Shown here: positions 47,808 through 60,184 of the stretch, piece after piece
Layout of the letters: each line of letters opens with the position of its first letter
How positions within the stretch are numbered: the first letter of the stretch is position 1
Position numbers and translations under genes: made by a program
Assembly: GCF_011386835.1 (NCBI RefSeq)
Contig: NC_088792.1
Coordinates: 229,896,001 to 229,960,000, forward strand
From: Chrysemys picta bellii
Lineage: Eukaryota
Length of the DNA stretch: 64,000 nucleotides
Direction of reading: 5' to 3'
The notes under the pieces: generated by a model
What the model was told of the DNA's origin: nothing
The model's input: the letters and a program-made list of their open reading frames with translations, nothing else
The model's database searches: none

Positions 47808-49323
47808 TACAAGTTTCTTAACTTAGCCTTAGAGTACATCATGGAACACAAAATAATCAGTTCAGAAAAGACAGAGACCACAATAATAAAAGTTAATTAA
47901 AAAAAATCCAACTAAAAACATTAGCCATAAGAAGGCACAGAAACTTAAAATTCAAAGTTGAATGGTATGCTATCTAATAATGAAATGGGACTTAATGTAT
48001 AATGTAACAGTAAGCTGCATATATGTTTAGTGCTCCCAATATCACAGCTGGCAGGAATTCTGGTATAATTCCAGCTATCTTCATATAACTTCATTATTAA
48101 AATAACCTGCTAATTTGACAGCGTAAAAAGCAAAATCTGCTATTTTTTAAAGACACATTAAAAAAGTATTCTCTAGGTTGTCCCCAAAACAATCCTTTTT
48201 TAAAAAGTAATAAAACTGCTATAGAAAAACATTGAACAAATGTCTGGTTTGCAATTTCAGACAATTTATTATCATTAACAACTTCTACTCATCGCTCTGC
48301 AGGGGAACACAAACTATCTTCCCATTCAAGGTAATAGCAGTTGGGACTGGGTATCAGAGTCTCTGTTCACACAAAGATGATAAAACATAAGAGGAATTAC
48401 TATTTTTCAGAAAAAGTTTAGACACTATTTTAATACTGAACTGTAAATCAATGCATTAAGAAAGCTTATTAGTATAAATTGCAGATAACTAATTTTCTAA
48501 AAATGTAAAGGGTTTGTAGCAGGTTGCCCGCAAACATAAGTATTACTCGATGGAGCCAGTTGCTCAACAAGATTCAGCTCACATCACGTATGTCCTATAA
48601 CAGTAGCAGTAAAATGAAACTAAGTAAACAAACAGTCAAAGAGAGACAAGCTGAAGTGATACCACCATAGTATAAAATCAGAGACACAAACCAGAAATAG
48701 GAATATCAGTCAAAGTAAAGTTATATGAAGTATCCATCTATATAATGCCAATACTTACAATAACTAAGTTACAAACAAAAAACAGTATTATGCCAAATAC
48801 GTTACAGTTTCTAATTTGCTGGTAAAATAAAGTAAAATCTAAGACTTGCACCAACCTGTTGCTGATTCAGTTAAAGGGACTAATAATATAACATCACCAC
48901 ATAATTAATTAAGGATGAAAGTATGAAAAACTAATACAATCATTACAAAATTAAACACTTTTTGGCAGAAAAATAGATTGATCCTGATCAGGGAAATACA
49001 CTCTATATATTGTAAAACCAGTACCATATTTAAAACGTCTATGTTCTTTTGTGTTTGTATGGAGCCTAGCACACTGTGGGTGCTACTGGAAAAATAAAAA
49101 TAAAAAACATAAAAACGTAAACTACTAATACACAGTATAAATACAGTAAAATGTAAACAGGCAAGACAGTCTAGCAAAGACTAAAATACAATGAAGTTAA
49201 ATCAAAGTTCTAGCAGTGGATCAAAGTAGTATGTGATATGTCAGGAGAGGATGTGTGAGATAATTGCAAATACAGTACACCGGATCGAAGTTTTTTTTTA
49301 AACCCCAGAGCGATAGTGTATGC

Positions 49324-50124
49324 CAGAGGTGGGCAAACTACAGCCTGTGGACCGTCCTGTCCGGTCCCTGAGCTCCTGGCCTGGGAGGCTCGCCCCCAGG
49401 CCCTCCCCTGCTGTTCCCTCTCCCCCCTCAGCCTCAGCTCACTGCGCTGCCGGCGCAATGCTCTGGGCAGAGGAGCAGCGAGCTCCTGGGGCAGCGCAAC
49501 TGCAAAGCCAGGGCCTGACCCAGTGCGCTGTGCTGTGCGGTGCGGCTGCCTGTCCTGGTGCAGCTGCGCCGACAGCCATCGGTGCTCCAGGCACTGTGGT
49601 AAGGGGGCAGGGGGGGTTGGATAGAGGGCAGGGGAGTCCAGGGTGGTGGTCAGGGGGCAGAGGTGGGGATAGGGGTCGGGGCGGTCAGAGGGCAGGGAAC
49701 AGGGGGGTTGAATGGGAGCAGAGGTCCTGAGGGGGCAGTCAGGAAGGAGAGGAGGGGTTGGATAGGGTGGAAGGGAGCAGTTAGGGATGGGGGGCAGTTA
49801 GGCGCAGGGGGTCTGGGGGCCGGGAAGAAGGGGTGGTTGGATGGGGCAGTGGTCCTGGTCGGGCAGTCAGGAAGGAGGGGGGGGGTTGGATGGGGCGGGG
49901 GGGGTGGGGGCGGGCAAGGGACAGAGAGCATGGGGGTGGATGGGGCGGGGGTCCCCGGGGGGGCCGTCAGGAGGTGAGAAGCGGGTGGGGGTGGGAGGTC
50001 GGATAGGGGGCGGGGGCCGGGCCACACCTGGCTGTTTGGGGAGGTACAGCCTCCCCTAACCAGCCCTCCATACAATTTCAGAAACCCGATGCGGCCATCA
50101 GGCCAAAAAGGTTGCTCGTCCCTG
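49324..50124. mobile_element. hAT MITE with G-rich interior
   Basis: TIR CAGAGGTGGGCAAAC / GTTGCTCGTCCCTG; TSD GTGTATGC vs GTGTATGT (7/8). Confidence 0.88.
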
Positions 50125-50180
50125 GTGTATGTGCTCAACTGAATTTGTACAGTTCATCACAGGGTTCTTATCTTTCACAT

Positions 50181-50641
50181 TGTGACAGGGTGTATCTATT
50201 TCACCCAGATTTTTCAAAGCCATTCATTCTACAGACGGACGCCTCAGAAGTGGGGCTTCGGGCCTTATTGTCACAGGAGCTGGATGGGGAGGAACGCCCC
50301 ATGCTCTACCTGAGCCGGAAGCTGTTCCCCAGGGAGACTAAGTATGCGACCATTAAGAAAGAGGGCTTAGCACTGAAGTGGGCGATTGAGGCCCTAAGAT
50401 ATTACCTAGTAGGGGGCCCCTTCCACCTCATCACAGACCATGCACCTTTCTGTTGGATCAACACCATGAAGGACTCAAATATCCAGATTATGTGGTGATC
50501 AACCTCTCCCTCCTGCACTACAAGTTCAGTGTACTACACCACATAGGTACAGCTCATGCAAATGCAGACTGCTTTTCCTGAATGGGAGGGGAGGATGAAG
50601 GAGAAGGACCCTTGCTGGGTCCTTGCTTGAGGGATAGGGTG
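50181..50641 (+). mobile_element. Gypsy (Gmr1-like) pol RNase H fragment plus polypurine tract
   Basis: PDFSKPFILQTDASEVGL.A.LSQ...ERPMLYLSRKL...YATI.KE.LALKWAI..LRYYL.G.PF.LITDHAP...NADCFS*; PPT-like GAGGGATAGGGTG at 50629-50641. Confidence 0.9.
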
Positions 50642-51278
50642 TGTGGCAGGGTATACCTACCCCGCACTGACCCTGCTCGGGTTAACCGCACACTGTGGGC
50701 CGAAGAGGCCACGTCCACTTACCTCTGCTGGGCATGCTCAATCAGGAGACAGGATATAAAAGGGAGCGGTCTAGCTCAGTCTAGGCTGGCTGAGGAGAGT
50801 GGACGCACACTGCAGGCTCCTGCCAGGGAGTTGCAGTGGCTACAGATCATGGAGGCCAAGCTGCTGGGATCAACAGCGGAACCACTAGACCCTAGAGGAT
50901 GAGAGTGAATCGGAAGGCTGACACCCCCAGAGTAGGAAGCAACTATGGGAACACAACTGTTAAAATAGGAAACTGAGCTGAACTGCAGACTCCTGGTTTC
51001 ACAGGGCCCTGGGTCAGGACCTGGTGGAGAAGGGTGGGCCAGGGTCCCCCTACCCTGCCCCATACCTACCTCAGGGTGCAGGCACTACTCAAGGGCTCCA
51101 GCTGCGAAGCCACACAGCCCTGCGGGCCAGGGCAGCCCCAAGGGCTCTGCCCACGAGTCCACGCTGCCCTGCTTTATAGGCTAGGACAGCAGTATCTACT
51201 CTAGCCACTTGAGCTGTAACCCATTATTTGTCGTACGCAACCTGACACCTAGTATTGGGGTGTATCTACCCCATGACA
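50642..51278 (+). mobile_element. 3' LTR of the Gypsy relic
   Basis: Begins TGTGGCAGGG directly after the PPT, contains TATAAAAG at ~50756, ends CCCCATGACA. Confidence 0.8.
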
Positions 51279-51374
51279 CACACAAATATTTAAGAGGTCA
51301 AAAACAGTGAGTAAATTTGATATACAGAGCAAGTAACTGATCCTACAAACACTGTTGTCAATGGGATAACTTAT

Positions 51375-51780
51375 GGTAATCAAAGCTATTCCAAATGGAA
51401 AGTGTCTGGAGAACTGTATCCTAACATTTTAAAGATAAGTTTCATTTAATGTAACCCCTCCTTTGCTATTCCATGCGTTATATATTCATGGAAAACAGCA
51501 CCTGTTATCAGTCCCAGGGAAGCTGTTTACGTTCATAGTACTGAACCGACTGAATTACTGTCTTAACCCTAAAATGAGAGCTAACAAGTGTGGTTTTTGC
51601 ACAGGTCGATTTACAATCCATGTTACATATGGTCTGAGGAATCTTACTGAAAAGTCTGAAGTGTTGATATAAAAACTTCACATTTAACCTGCCCTTTTAT
51701 CATTGAATACTTCAACTGAAATCAGTAAAGAAATATATAATATGAAAGGACTCAGTAAAGAGTTCTCTCAATACATTTGG
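51375..51780 (+). mobile_element. RTE-clade LINE RT remnant
   Basis: LLSVPGKLFTFIVLNRL...KMRANKCGFCTGRFT...LRNLTEK (cf. LLSIPGKVF..I.L.RL...LRENQCGFR.GRST). Confidence 0.7.
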
Positions 51781-51899
51781 AGAAACCCATTCTTACAATG
51801 AACCTCACGAGTCTTTCCAAACAACGTTTGGGAAAGTGTATGTTTTGGTAGAAGTCAGCATTTCCAGAGGACCACAATGCGTATTTTTATATTGAAATA

Positions 51900-52205
51900 C
51901 AGTAATTAGAGACTTCAGGAATGGAGGTTGTTCATAAATATGAAATGTTCATAATTCTGAAAAAAAGTTAGGGTTCTTTCAAAAGTTTACAACTGAATAT
52001 TGACATAATACAGCTTTGAAACTTTACTATGCAGAAGAAGAATGCTGCTTTCCCTTTATTTTTTTAATAGTTTACATTTAACACAGTACTGTATTTGCTT
52101 TTGGGGGGGGCGGGAGGGGGGTGTCTCTGCAGCTGCCTGATTGTGTACTTCTGGTTCCAATTGAGGTGTCGTAACTCTAGTGCTCATAACTCTGAGGTTC
52201 TACTG
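51900..52205. mobile_element. TcMar-Tigger-like MITE
   Basis: CAGTA...CTCTGAGGTTCTACTG termini with TA on both sides (51898-51899, 52206-52207); left TIR decayed. Confidence 0.7.
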
Positions 52206-52374
52206 TATAAATATGCTTGACAGAGGCACTCTCCAGTTAAATATATGTATATAAATGTATAAAACAACACTTCAAATAAGGGTTATAATTGTTTTATTAA
52301 AATAATAGGATAACAAATCTTTCTATATACACTTTAAATATATGCTTATATCAAGTATACCCAACAGTCCCTCA

Positions 52375-54240
52375 ATCTATTCATTTTCAGATGGCCAATT
52401 TCTCGTAAACTTCACTATTCTTATGTTCAAGATAGTTTCAGTCAATAGGATCGTTTTGATCAGCACTAAGGTGCACAAGATTGAATACTCCAGGGCATGT
52501 TGATGGCAATCAGCTAAATAGGGAAAAGTTGCCAACCCTTGTTTCCAGAAATGGATCTGTCACTAACATTAGCTTGGTGAAAACTTACAGCACAGATGAC
52601 AATCCAAAAGGCAAGAGCACAATACTGAAGACGATTTGCAAGACAAAACCATAGGTATTACTTCTGCTTGGGGATTATGTAAAAAGGAAGCAAGCATTTT
52701 GGAGGCTAAAATATTATTTGGTATAATTGCTAAGGACACTGAATTGGTGGACTCCATCTGGGGTCCAAATGGAACTCTAAGATAGGACAATCATTTTGAG
52801 ATCTCTTTTCAATCAACAAAATTGATCAGGATTCTAAGAGTTGCTCATCATTGCCTCTATTGCTGAACAGGTACTGAATAATCTCTTTATATTGGATTTC
52901 TTCTCCAGGAGACAAGGAAGCAGGACAGCAGGGAAAGATGCAGGAAGTAACTGCTTTTGACAACTGATCCAACTCTTCTGTCTTAAGAAATGACCCTCCA
53001 CTAGTGTTGAAAGCAAAGAAGCATGTCTTCAATTTGAAGTGTCCTCAGGATACTAAAATAGTTAAAAGGATGTTGTGAAGGCCAAGACTAAAATAGGGTT
53101 CAAAAAAGAAATAAATACATTCATGGAAGATATGTCCATCAATGGCTATTAGACAGGATGGGCAGGAATGGTGTCCCTAGCCTCTGTTTGCCAGAAGCTG
53201 AAAATAAGCGACAGGGGATGGATCACTTGATGATTACCTGTTCTGCTCATTCCCTCTGGGGCACCTGCCATTGGCCATTGTCGGAAGACAGGATACTGGG
53301 CTAGATGGACCTTTGGCTGACCCAGTATGGCTGTTTTTATGTTCTTATGACTTTTTATAGGACTGGAGATGGACAGTGCCACCACAAGCAGTATTTCAGA
53401 CCTGATAGGAATAGGAGCTTCTTATTCTTTCTGGTATATCAAAAGAGGAGGTATACCTGAAGTCTGGCTGGGCATGAAAATAAGAACTGGAAATGAAAGC
53501 TTCCAACTTTTCCTATGTGATAGGCATATTATTCACCTTTTTATTTTCTTCAGATCCTAGTCTAAAGGTTCCCTGAACAACTGGCTGCCACTATATGGGA
53601 GGGCCATGATGTCAAATTTAGCACAACTCATCAATGATCCAGTTATGACTTCAGTCATGATGGTGGGCTATCATGTGCCCAGCAATAAATCAGGTGGATA
53701 CATGGATGCCATCCTGCAAGCCATCAGGATACTCTACAAAGGGAAAGAGCCTCTCGGGAATGTAAAGAGCAGCTTTTCAAGAGGGTTGATCTCAGCAACA
53801 TGGTCAATTAAATCTAAGAAGTGTAGAGGGAGTAAATTAAAAGGCGTAAGTTACGATGGGAAAATTAAAATAAAAAAATCTTACTCAATTCTTGTCCTAA
53901 GACTAAGATTTCAGTGGGTAAATAATTGTTCATTGCCATGAGGAAGCCTGTATAGAGAATTAGCAAGTGGAATAGGTATGCTAGGCTGCAAAGAAGTTAT
54001 TTATTTCTGGACCACTTGTTGGAGAGCAATTACATAACTCAAAAGTTACTAGTGTTTGAGATTCCCTATAGGAGACACTCCATATTATTCCTGCACAGAA
54101 TCAGTAGGCTCGCCAAGAAAATAAAATTGTGATTTGTCTGGAACCACTGCATGGAGACAGTTATTTGAGAAACTGGTCATTCAAATCCAGCCAGGGCCTG
54201 GAGACAAGTCTGGAGTAGCTGACAGTTGAATCTAATGCTC
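52375..54240 (-). mobile_element. DIRS1-like fragment A (gag C-terminus + RT N-terminal half), interrupted by CR1
   Basis: Minus strand IMALPYSGSQLFRE (gag end); EEIQYKEIIQYL (cf. HEEIL..EI..LL..GAIE); QYCALAFW / LPFGLSSVL*VFTKLM (DIRS RT motif LPFGLSSAPRVFTK). Confidence 0.75.
53067..53349 (+). mobile_element. CR1 3' end (different subfamily), nested in DIRS
   Basis: AGGATGTTGTGAAGGCCAAGAC...GGATACTGGGCTAGATGGACC...TTATGTTCTTATG, a well-preserved turtle CR1 tail. Confidence 0.88.
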
Positions 54241-54289
54241 TGGTACCCTTTTGAACCCAGTTCCTCAAAAGGTAAGTAACTTCTTAGAA

Positions 54290-55500
54290 GATATGGATCA
54301 CTAGGAAATTTAGAGAATTAACTAACTTGAAATTAACTAGCATGTCAGAGGGGGATTTTTCAATAGCTTATTTGCCATCTGGCTCTTTGGATTTTCACCA
54401 CAGTGGATAAAGGATCCCCCCACATAATACTGGGAAGAAGAGAGGTCTGAATTAAAGGATGGAAAGGGAAGACAATATCCCATATGGTAACCAGACCCCC
54501 TTTGTATCTCACATTACCTGCTAGATTGACCATTGGCCTTTTGAACATGCTGTTGCTGATGTAAAAGCTCCAGCCTCTCCCAAAGACATGACTACCAGAA
54601 GATGATCTAGAGAGGTTTGACACATTAGGCAGAGAGATCTGGAGGGCCCAGATTGCATTGCTTCAGCAAGAGAGGAGCATTTGTTTTCCTCTTCACCTTC
54701 ATCAGTCTGTCAGTAACTGCACAGCTGCCTAGGTTTGTTCAGCTCCATATGCTCATTAGATACCTTGAACAAAATGAGATATTTGCATACAACCAAAACC
54801 TCCAGCTTTAACAGTATGAGTACCCATACAGCCCTACTGAAAAAAGCCCTCTGCTTATCTATTGGGCAGAAGCAGAGCAACACACTGCCCAGCCAGCATA
54901 CCTCAATCTTTAACTGGAGGAATTGTCTTTAGAAGTAACAGGTGGACTTATTCCATGGCCCATGAAGTTCTTGGCCTCTCTGCTGAGTCTGCCAATCAAT
55001 GCAAAGTGTGGTAGTTACTTTATGACCATATGGGAGCTGGAACTTGAGACACAAACTCATCTCATAAAGAGGGCTACCAAGCATCCATTAGAAAAGAACT
55101 TTTAATCCCTAACTGCATTGGGCTGGTGTACGGAAGGAAGGAAGGAAAATATATATTTTGTAGTTTAACTAAAACAAAGGAGTTTTTAGCAACCATGGAA
55201 ATGCTTTGAAAACGGAAGGGTGGGGTGGGGGGAGAAGGGGGAAAGACTGTAACAAGGCCTTGAAAATAATGGGTTTAAAAGGCTAGAAGGCATATGGCAT
55301 CTAGCAAGACAAGTTTTGGGAAGAATGCGGAAATTAAAAGGTAACTGATAAGATAGGAGGAAAAGTCCTTGAAAAAAACACTCTAAATTACAGAAGATGG
55401 TCATGAACTCATTAAAGGTGTTCAGTAATGCACTGATAGTGTCCTTTAACATACCGATGTTATCTTGAAGAAAGCAACCCAGTTATAATTCTTATCTAGT
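54290..55500 (-). mobile_element. DIRS1-like fragment B (gag + start of RT)
   Basis: Minus strand RFWLYAN (cf. RR.SWL..SG), GYCLPF and AIEK at ~54360-54490 repeat the RT N-terminal block already present in fragment A, so this is a second copy. Confidence 0.55.
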
Positions 55501-56176
55501 CCAGGCCTAAGAAAAGAGTCCAACCCCAGAGTGCCCAAATCTGTTTCATAGCTAAGGTCAGCAATTGGCAATGACATCACTTGTTTGTTAAAGAGTGAAC
55601 TCTTGAAGGGTTTAAGCACCCAGGTCTAGCCCTTTCGTGAGCATCTTGATCAAATGCTTATGAATGATTGTTACTGTATGGAGGTAGGCATTGCTTATTA
55701 TGTAGGATTTTTAGACATGTTTAGAGCAATTGTATAGATATCATTTGACCTTTGGATTTAATAAAGTAATTTATGGTTCAACTAGTTTTTGATGATATCC
55801 TGTATTGATAATATTAATTCCAGTGTCTGGATTCATATTGGTGACCTACAGGCAAAAGTCTATGAAGCTCATTAGCAATGCCCAGAGGCATCCAGTGCCC
55901 TAATAAGTGCTACTATTACACCTTCAGGAGTGAAGTTTTCTGGAAAGAATATTTATTAAATCAAGATCTGACCTTTCCAGAGCTTACCCAGGCAGGGTCT
56001 GCACACACCACCACCATCTCCCATACACTGCTTTCAGTCTTCTTCAAACATACCCTTATACATGCTCCCCGACCCTGTTCTTAAAAGCACTGCACTCATT
56101 AACCAAAATACACTAAAAACAAATATTAACTCAACATTCAAATATGTTTTGCAATGCAAAATCATTTCAAAAACTA

Positions 56177-56369
56177 CACCACTACCTCGATATAACACGA
56201 CCCGATATAACACGAATTCGGATATAACACGGTAAAGCAGTGCTCCGGGGGGAGGGGAGGGGCTGCGCACTCTGGTGGATCAAAGAAAGTTCAATATAAC
56301 ACGGTTTCACCTATAACGCGGTAAGATTTTTTTGGCTCCCGAGGACAGCGTTATATTGAGGTAGAGGTG
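56177..56369. mobile_element. Tc1/mariner-superfamily MITE (copy 2, inverted relative to 17008-17205)
   Basis: Same TIRs and interior as copy 1; TA at 56175-56176 and 56370-56371. Confidence 0.85.
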
Positions 56370-57869
56370 TATATATTTTTCCTCACGAGTCATCATCCAA
56401 ATTTGAACCTACAACCTTCAGATGCACAACTCAGAGCTCTTCACTTCAGTTACAGGCATAAGTAATGGAAGCATGCTGTTGGGATGTATGAGGAGCATCC
56501 TAAAGAAGATGACAACTATTTGTGAACTAGCACTAGAATGTTGGCTACCAGTATTCCAGGTTTCTACTCCTGACTCTGGGGACGGAGTATGGGCCAGTGG
56601 TTTAAACACAGACAAGTGTAATGATACCCCCGAGTCAGCTGCTGAACCTGGGATCTCTAGAACTAAAACATGTACTATCACTTCAGCAAAAGGACCATTT
56701 TCACTAGCATGGAGGCAGTAACCAGACTCAAACATCTCTAATTTTGTGGGCTATTAGAGAGGGAAGAGAGCCACACTATGTTATTTCCTAGAGGAACCTA
56801 GCCTAATTTAGCTTATTTCTCCTAACAGGAAGCATGGCAACATGGATGAGACTTGGGTCTGTCACAGTAGAGATCTGAGTTCTATCCTAGCTCTGCCTGA
56901 CATAACCTTGCCAAACCTCTCAGTTACATTAGCTGTATGCGTGACTGGTAGTTATACCTCCCCTAAGGTAGAGGCATGAAGTCTTGGCTAGGAAGGGTTG
57001 CAAAGTATACAGAAATATTAAAAGCAGTCAGTAGAAAAGCTAGGATTAACGTGCCTTCCCCGAGGCTACAGGGTATTAAAAAAGAGAAAATTTTACTGGT
57101 CACGAAGGAAAGGCATGACAGAACTGCAAGATGAATTAGAAGCAGCAGACCTGTTATCTCTTTACAATACTAACTTTACAAATTACCTATGATATCCTAA
57201 CTAGGGAAAGTTTCAATAAGAGCATTTTAAACTGCATTTAAACTGTCCGTTTTGTCCAAGACAAAGACAGTGTGCTCAAGAAACATTTTATGACATTTAC
57301 ATAATCACTCTAAATTTCTGCAGTTTCATTGATCATCTGTTCCCATTCTATTATGACATGAGTATTAAATTGTGAGATGAACCTGTACACTCAAAGAACC
57401 AAATGTAGGTTTTTTGTATGCTATATCTATATTCTTACAAATGCTCTTGAAAGCAATAAATTATTAATTCCCCTTCTTGTATAGCGTTAATAGTGCAAAA
57501 CCATTAATCGCTTGTTATTGCAATGTAATTATGTTACTATTTAATAAAAATACACAACACTAACTAGGCATCAAGAGTGTTCTCTAGTTCAGCCTATTAT
57601 CCTTTTATCACCCGAAAAGAACACAAACTTTAAACCATAGTGTAATAATAGATTTAAACAGATGCCATATGCTTATCCTAGCTATTTGTCCAATTTTATT
57701 TAACTCTTGCTATATACACACACTAAAAGGAAGGTCAGTATTTAAACTTCCACGGCTTGGTATCTACCATATAGACAAATTCCAACAAAATCAGGCCCTA
57801 TTACTCAATGAAATTTCAGGCTTTTAGCATTTGCTAGATAAAATTGGGCCTAACAGACATAGAACTTCA

Positions 57870-58005
57870 GTGTTGTTGTAGCCATGTCAGTCCCAGAATA
57901 TTGGAGGGACAAGGTGGGTGAGGTAATATCTTTTATTGGACCAATTTATGTTGGTGAGAGAGACAAGCTTTCAAAACATATTACCTCACCTACCTTGTCT
58001 CTTTA
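57870..58005 (-). mobile_element. Mini Penelope-derived insertion with short inverted tail
   Basis: Minus-strand terminal repeat of the second Penelope family (57870-57972) plus inverted piece (57978-58002); perfect 11-bp TSD ATAGAACTTCA (57859-57869, 58006-58016). Confidence 0.85.
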
Positions 58006-59024
58006 ATAGAACTTCATGCTGAGTTTCACAGTATTTAGTTCAAACAGCTTGTCCCAGTAGTGAACAGCAATCACTTAATGTAATATATGTTTATGCAAGA
58101 ATCATTTTCATGGTACTTCTGCTATAATGATTCAATGGTAACATGAGGAGCACCTCCTCTACCTAGCCCTCCCCACTTTATGACATTAATGACATATACA
58201 AAGTCATTTCTGTCCTTCCTCAGTGATTATCCTGAAAGAGCAAGATTAACAGTAGTGCTGATAGCATTGAGGGAGAACTCTACTTCTGGGTAACGTTTAA
58301 TTAAAAAAATAAGTATATTTCCAGGAAAATATTTATGGGATTACTTAATCTTGGTTTTAAATGGTAAATTTCAGCTGGTTTTACTTTTCTGAAACCAACC
58401 AATACAAAGCAAAACCATGCCTTGGAAAGTTTACAAGAAGAGTTTCCCTAAAGTTTAAGGATTAACTTAACCCCAGTCATAACATGAATGAACAGAAAAA
58501 GCCTGATACCAGCATGCAGTCATAATAGCAAGAAGCTGTGGGCTTTCAGAATCCTGAAGGATCAAGTTGTGGTACTACTACCAAGCATCAGCATCATGGT
58601 CTATTTCTATTCGTTCATGATGAAAGTGTCCACTTGGCTAGCTGTCACTGAAAAGAAAGGGCTTGTTATTTGCAGAAATATCTTTAAAAAAAAACAACAA
58701 CACTGAATTTTAATTACTTCATTTCACACATGTATGTTGTAACTTTTGCTTATGTTGGGAGTTATTAGGCTAAATACTGTAGCTAGGATTTATTCAAAAA
58801 GACTTTCAATGTAGAAAACTCTGGAAAGAGTTAAATGCAGAAACAGATTCCGCATTTAAGTTTTCATGCTCCTGGAACATTGAATTGGAGCTCAGTTCCC
58901 ACAAAATAAAGTCTTGCTCTCATAGAATTTAAAATTACCAGAAGAAGAAACTTGTGGTAAGGCAAGAGAGACAAATAGTTTTACAATCTAGAAAACTTTC
59001 AAATGGGTAGATGATTAACATTTA

Positions 59025-59032
<8 letters not shown>

Positions 59033-59090
<58 letters not shown>
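59033..59090. repeat. (AT)n(AC)n microsatellite at the 3' end of a SINE
   Basis: Read directly. Confidence 0.95.
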
Positions 59091-59091
<1 letters not shown>

Positions 59092-59092
59092 T

Positions 59093-59266
59093 CTCATAGA
59101 ACTAGAGGGGACCCTGAAAGGTCATCAAGTCCAGCCCCCTGCCTTCACTAAGCAGGACCAAGTACTAATTTTTGCCCCAGATCCCTAAGTGGCCCCTTCA
59201 AGGATTGAGCTCACAACCCTGGGTTTAGCAGGCCAATGCTCAAACCACTGAGCTATCCCTCCCCCC
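59093..59266 (-). mobile_element. Tortoise Pol III/SINE variant (same tRNA head, different CR1 tail)
   Basis: Head nearly identical to copy 17815-18002; tail GGTCCTGCTTAGTGAAGGCAGGGGGCTGGACTTGATGACC...TTCTATGAG. Confidence 0.88.
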
Positions 59267-59443
59267 GATATGCAATATACAGAATGTACTTGAAAATGAA
59301 GATTGTTTAGGTAATAATATTATTTCCTGTTTCAGTGCTCCTAGAACTACTTCCACATTGATACCACAATGTGTACTTTTATGATAAACCTCACATTACC
59401 AGCTTCACAGTTGGCCAAAAAGACTAAGGGAATGGATCTAGAG

Positions 59444-60128
59444 CAGCGGTTCTCAGCCTGTTTATCATTGTGGGCCGCATATGTGGTCCACAATGTGTTA
59501 CGTGGGCTGCAGGTTGAGAACCACAGCGCCCTCCTCCCCCACCCAAAACCGCCCACAGTCCCCTATGCCTAGCACCCCCGCCCAGAGTGGGGCCATGAAC
59601 GGAGCCCTGGGCACGGGCCAGGTGGCCAGACCCCGAACCCCGGCGCGCAGCACCAGCCAGTGGCCGGAATCCGCTGTGCGGTGCTGGGCAGCATGGCCCC
59701 CTGCCATGCAGGGGTGGGCAGCCGGGACTCAAGTGCTGCGGTGCACAGAGGGGCAGCCAGGACCCCTGGCACCGGGCCAAGAGCGGAGCACCCAGCACAG
59801 GCCAGCAGCCTGGATCCGAGAAGGGGGGCCAGGAGCAGAGCCTCACCTAAAATCTGGGGGTGCTGTTACACCCTGGAAAACCCTTAGCTGCCAGCGCCCC
59901 CAAAACCTTCCCACAGACCCACTCTCCCACTCCCTGTCCTCCCTATGGCACTCACCAGCCCTCTGATGGCAGGAGCGCTGGTGCAGGCTGCAAGATGTTG
60001 TCTCCCCCTAAGCCAGCCCCGCTCCCTGCCAGACCAAAGAGGCAAATTTTTGATTTTTTTAAGCACGCAGCTGGGCCACAGCTGTGAGGTAATTGGGCCG
60101 CATGCGGCCTGCAGGTTGAGAACCGGTG
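59444..60128. mobile_element. hAT MITE with GC-rich interior
   Basis: TIR CAGCGGTTCTCAGCCTG / CAGGTTGAGAACCGGTG; left flank ATCTAGAG fits the Charlie-type target; TSD only 5/8. Confidence 0.82.
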
Positions 60129-60184
60129 ATATAAAAACTTCAAAAACCTTCTATACCCCTCAGTGGACTGGATGATTCTCAGAG

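Noticed and set aside
49210-50138. Gly-rich and Pro-rich ORFs up to 162 aa
   Set aside because: Translations of G-tract repeats inside a hAT MITE.
59424-60175. ORF cluster up to 161 aa and CpG-island-like patch as a possible ARMC1 promoter
   Set aside because: Bounded by hAT TIRs; ARMC1 upstream coding exons are missing from the window, so the true promoter must lie further right.
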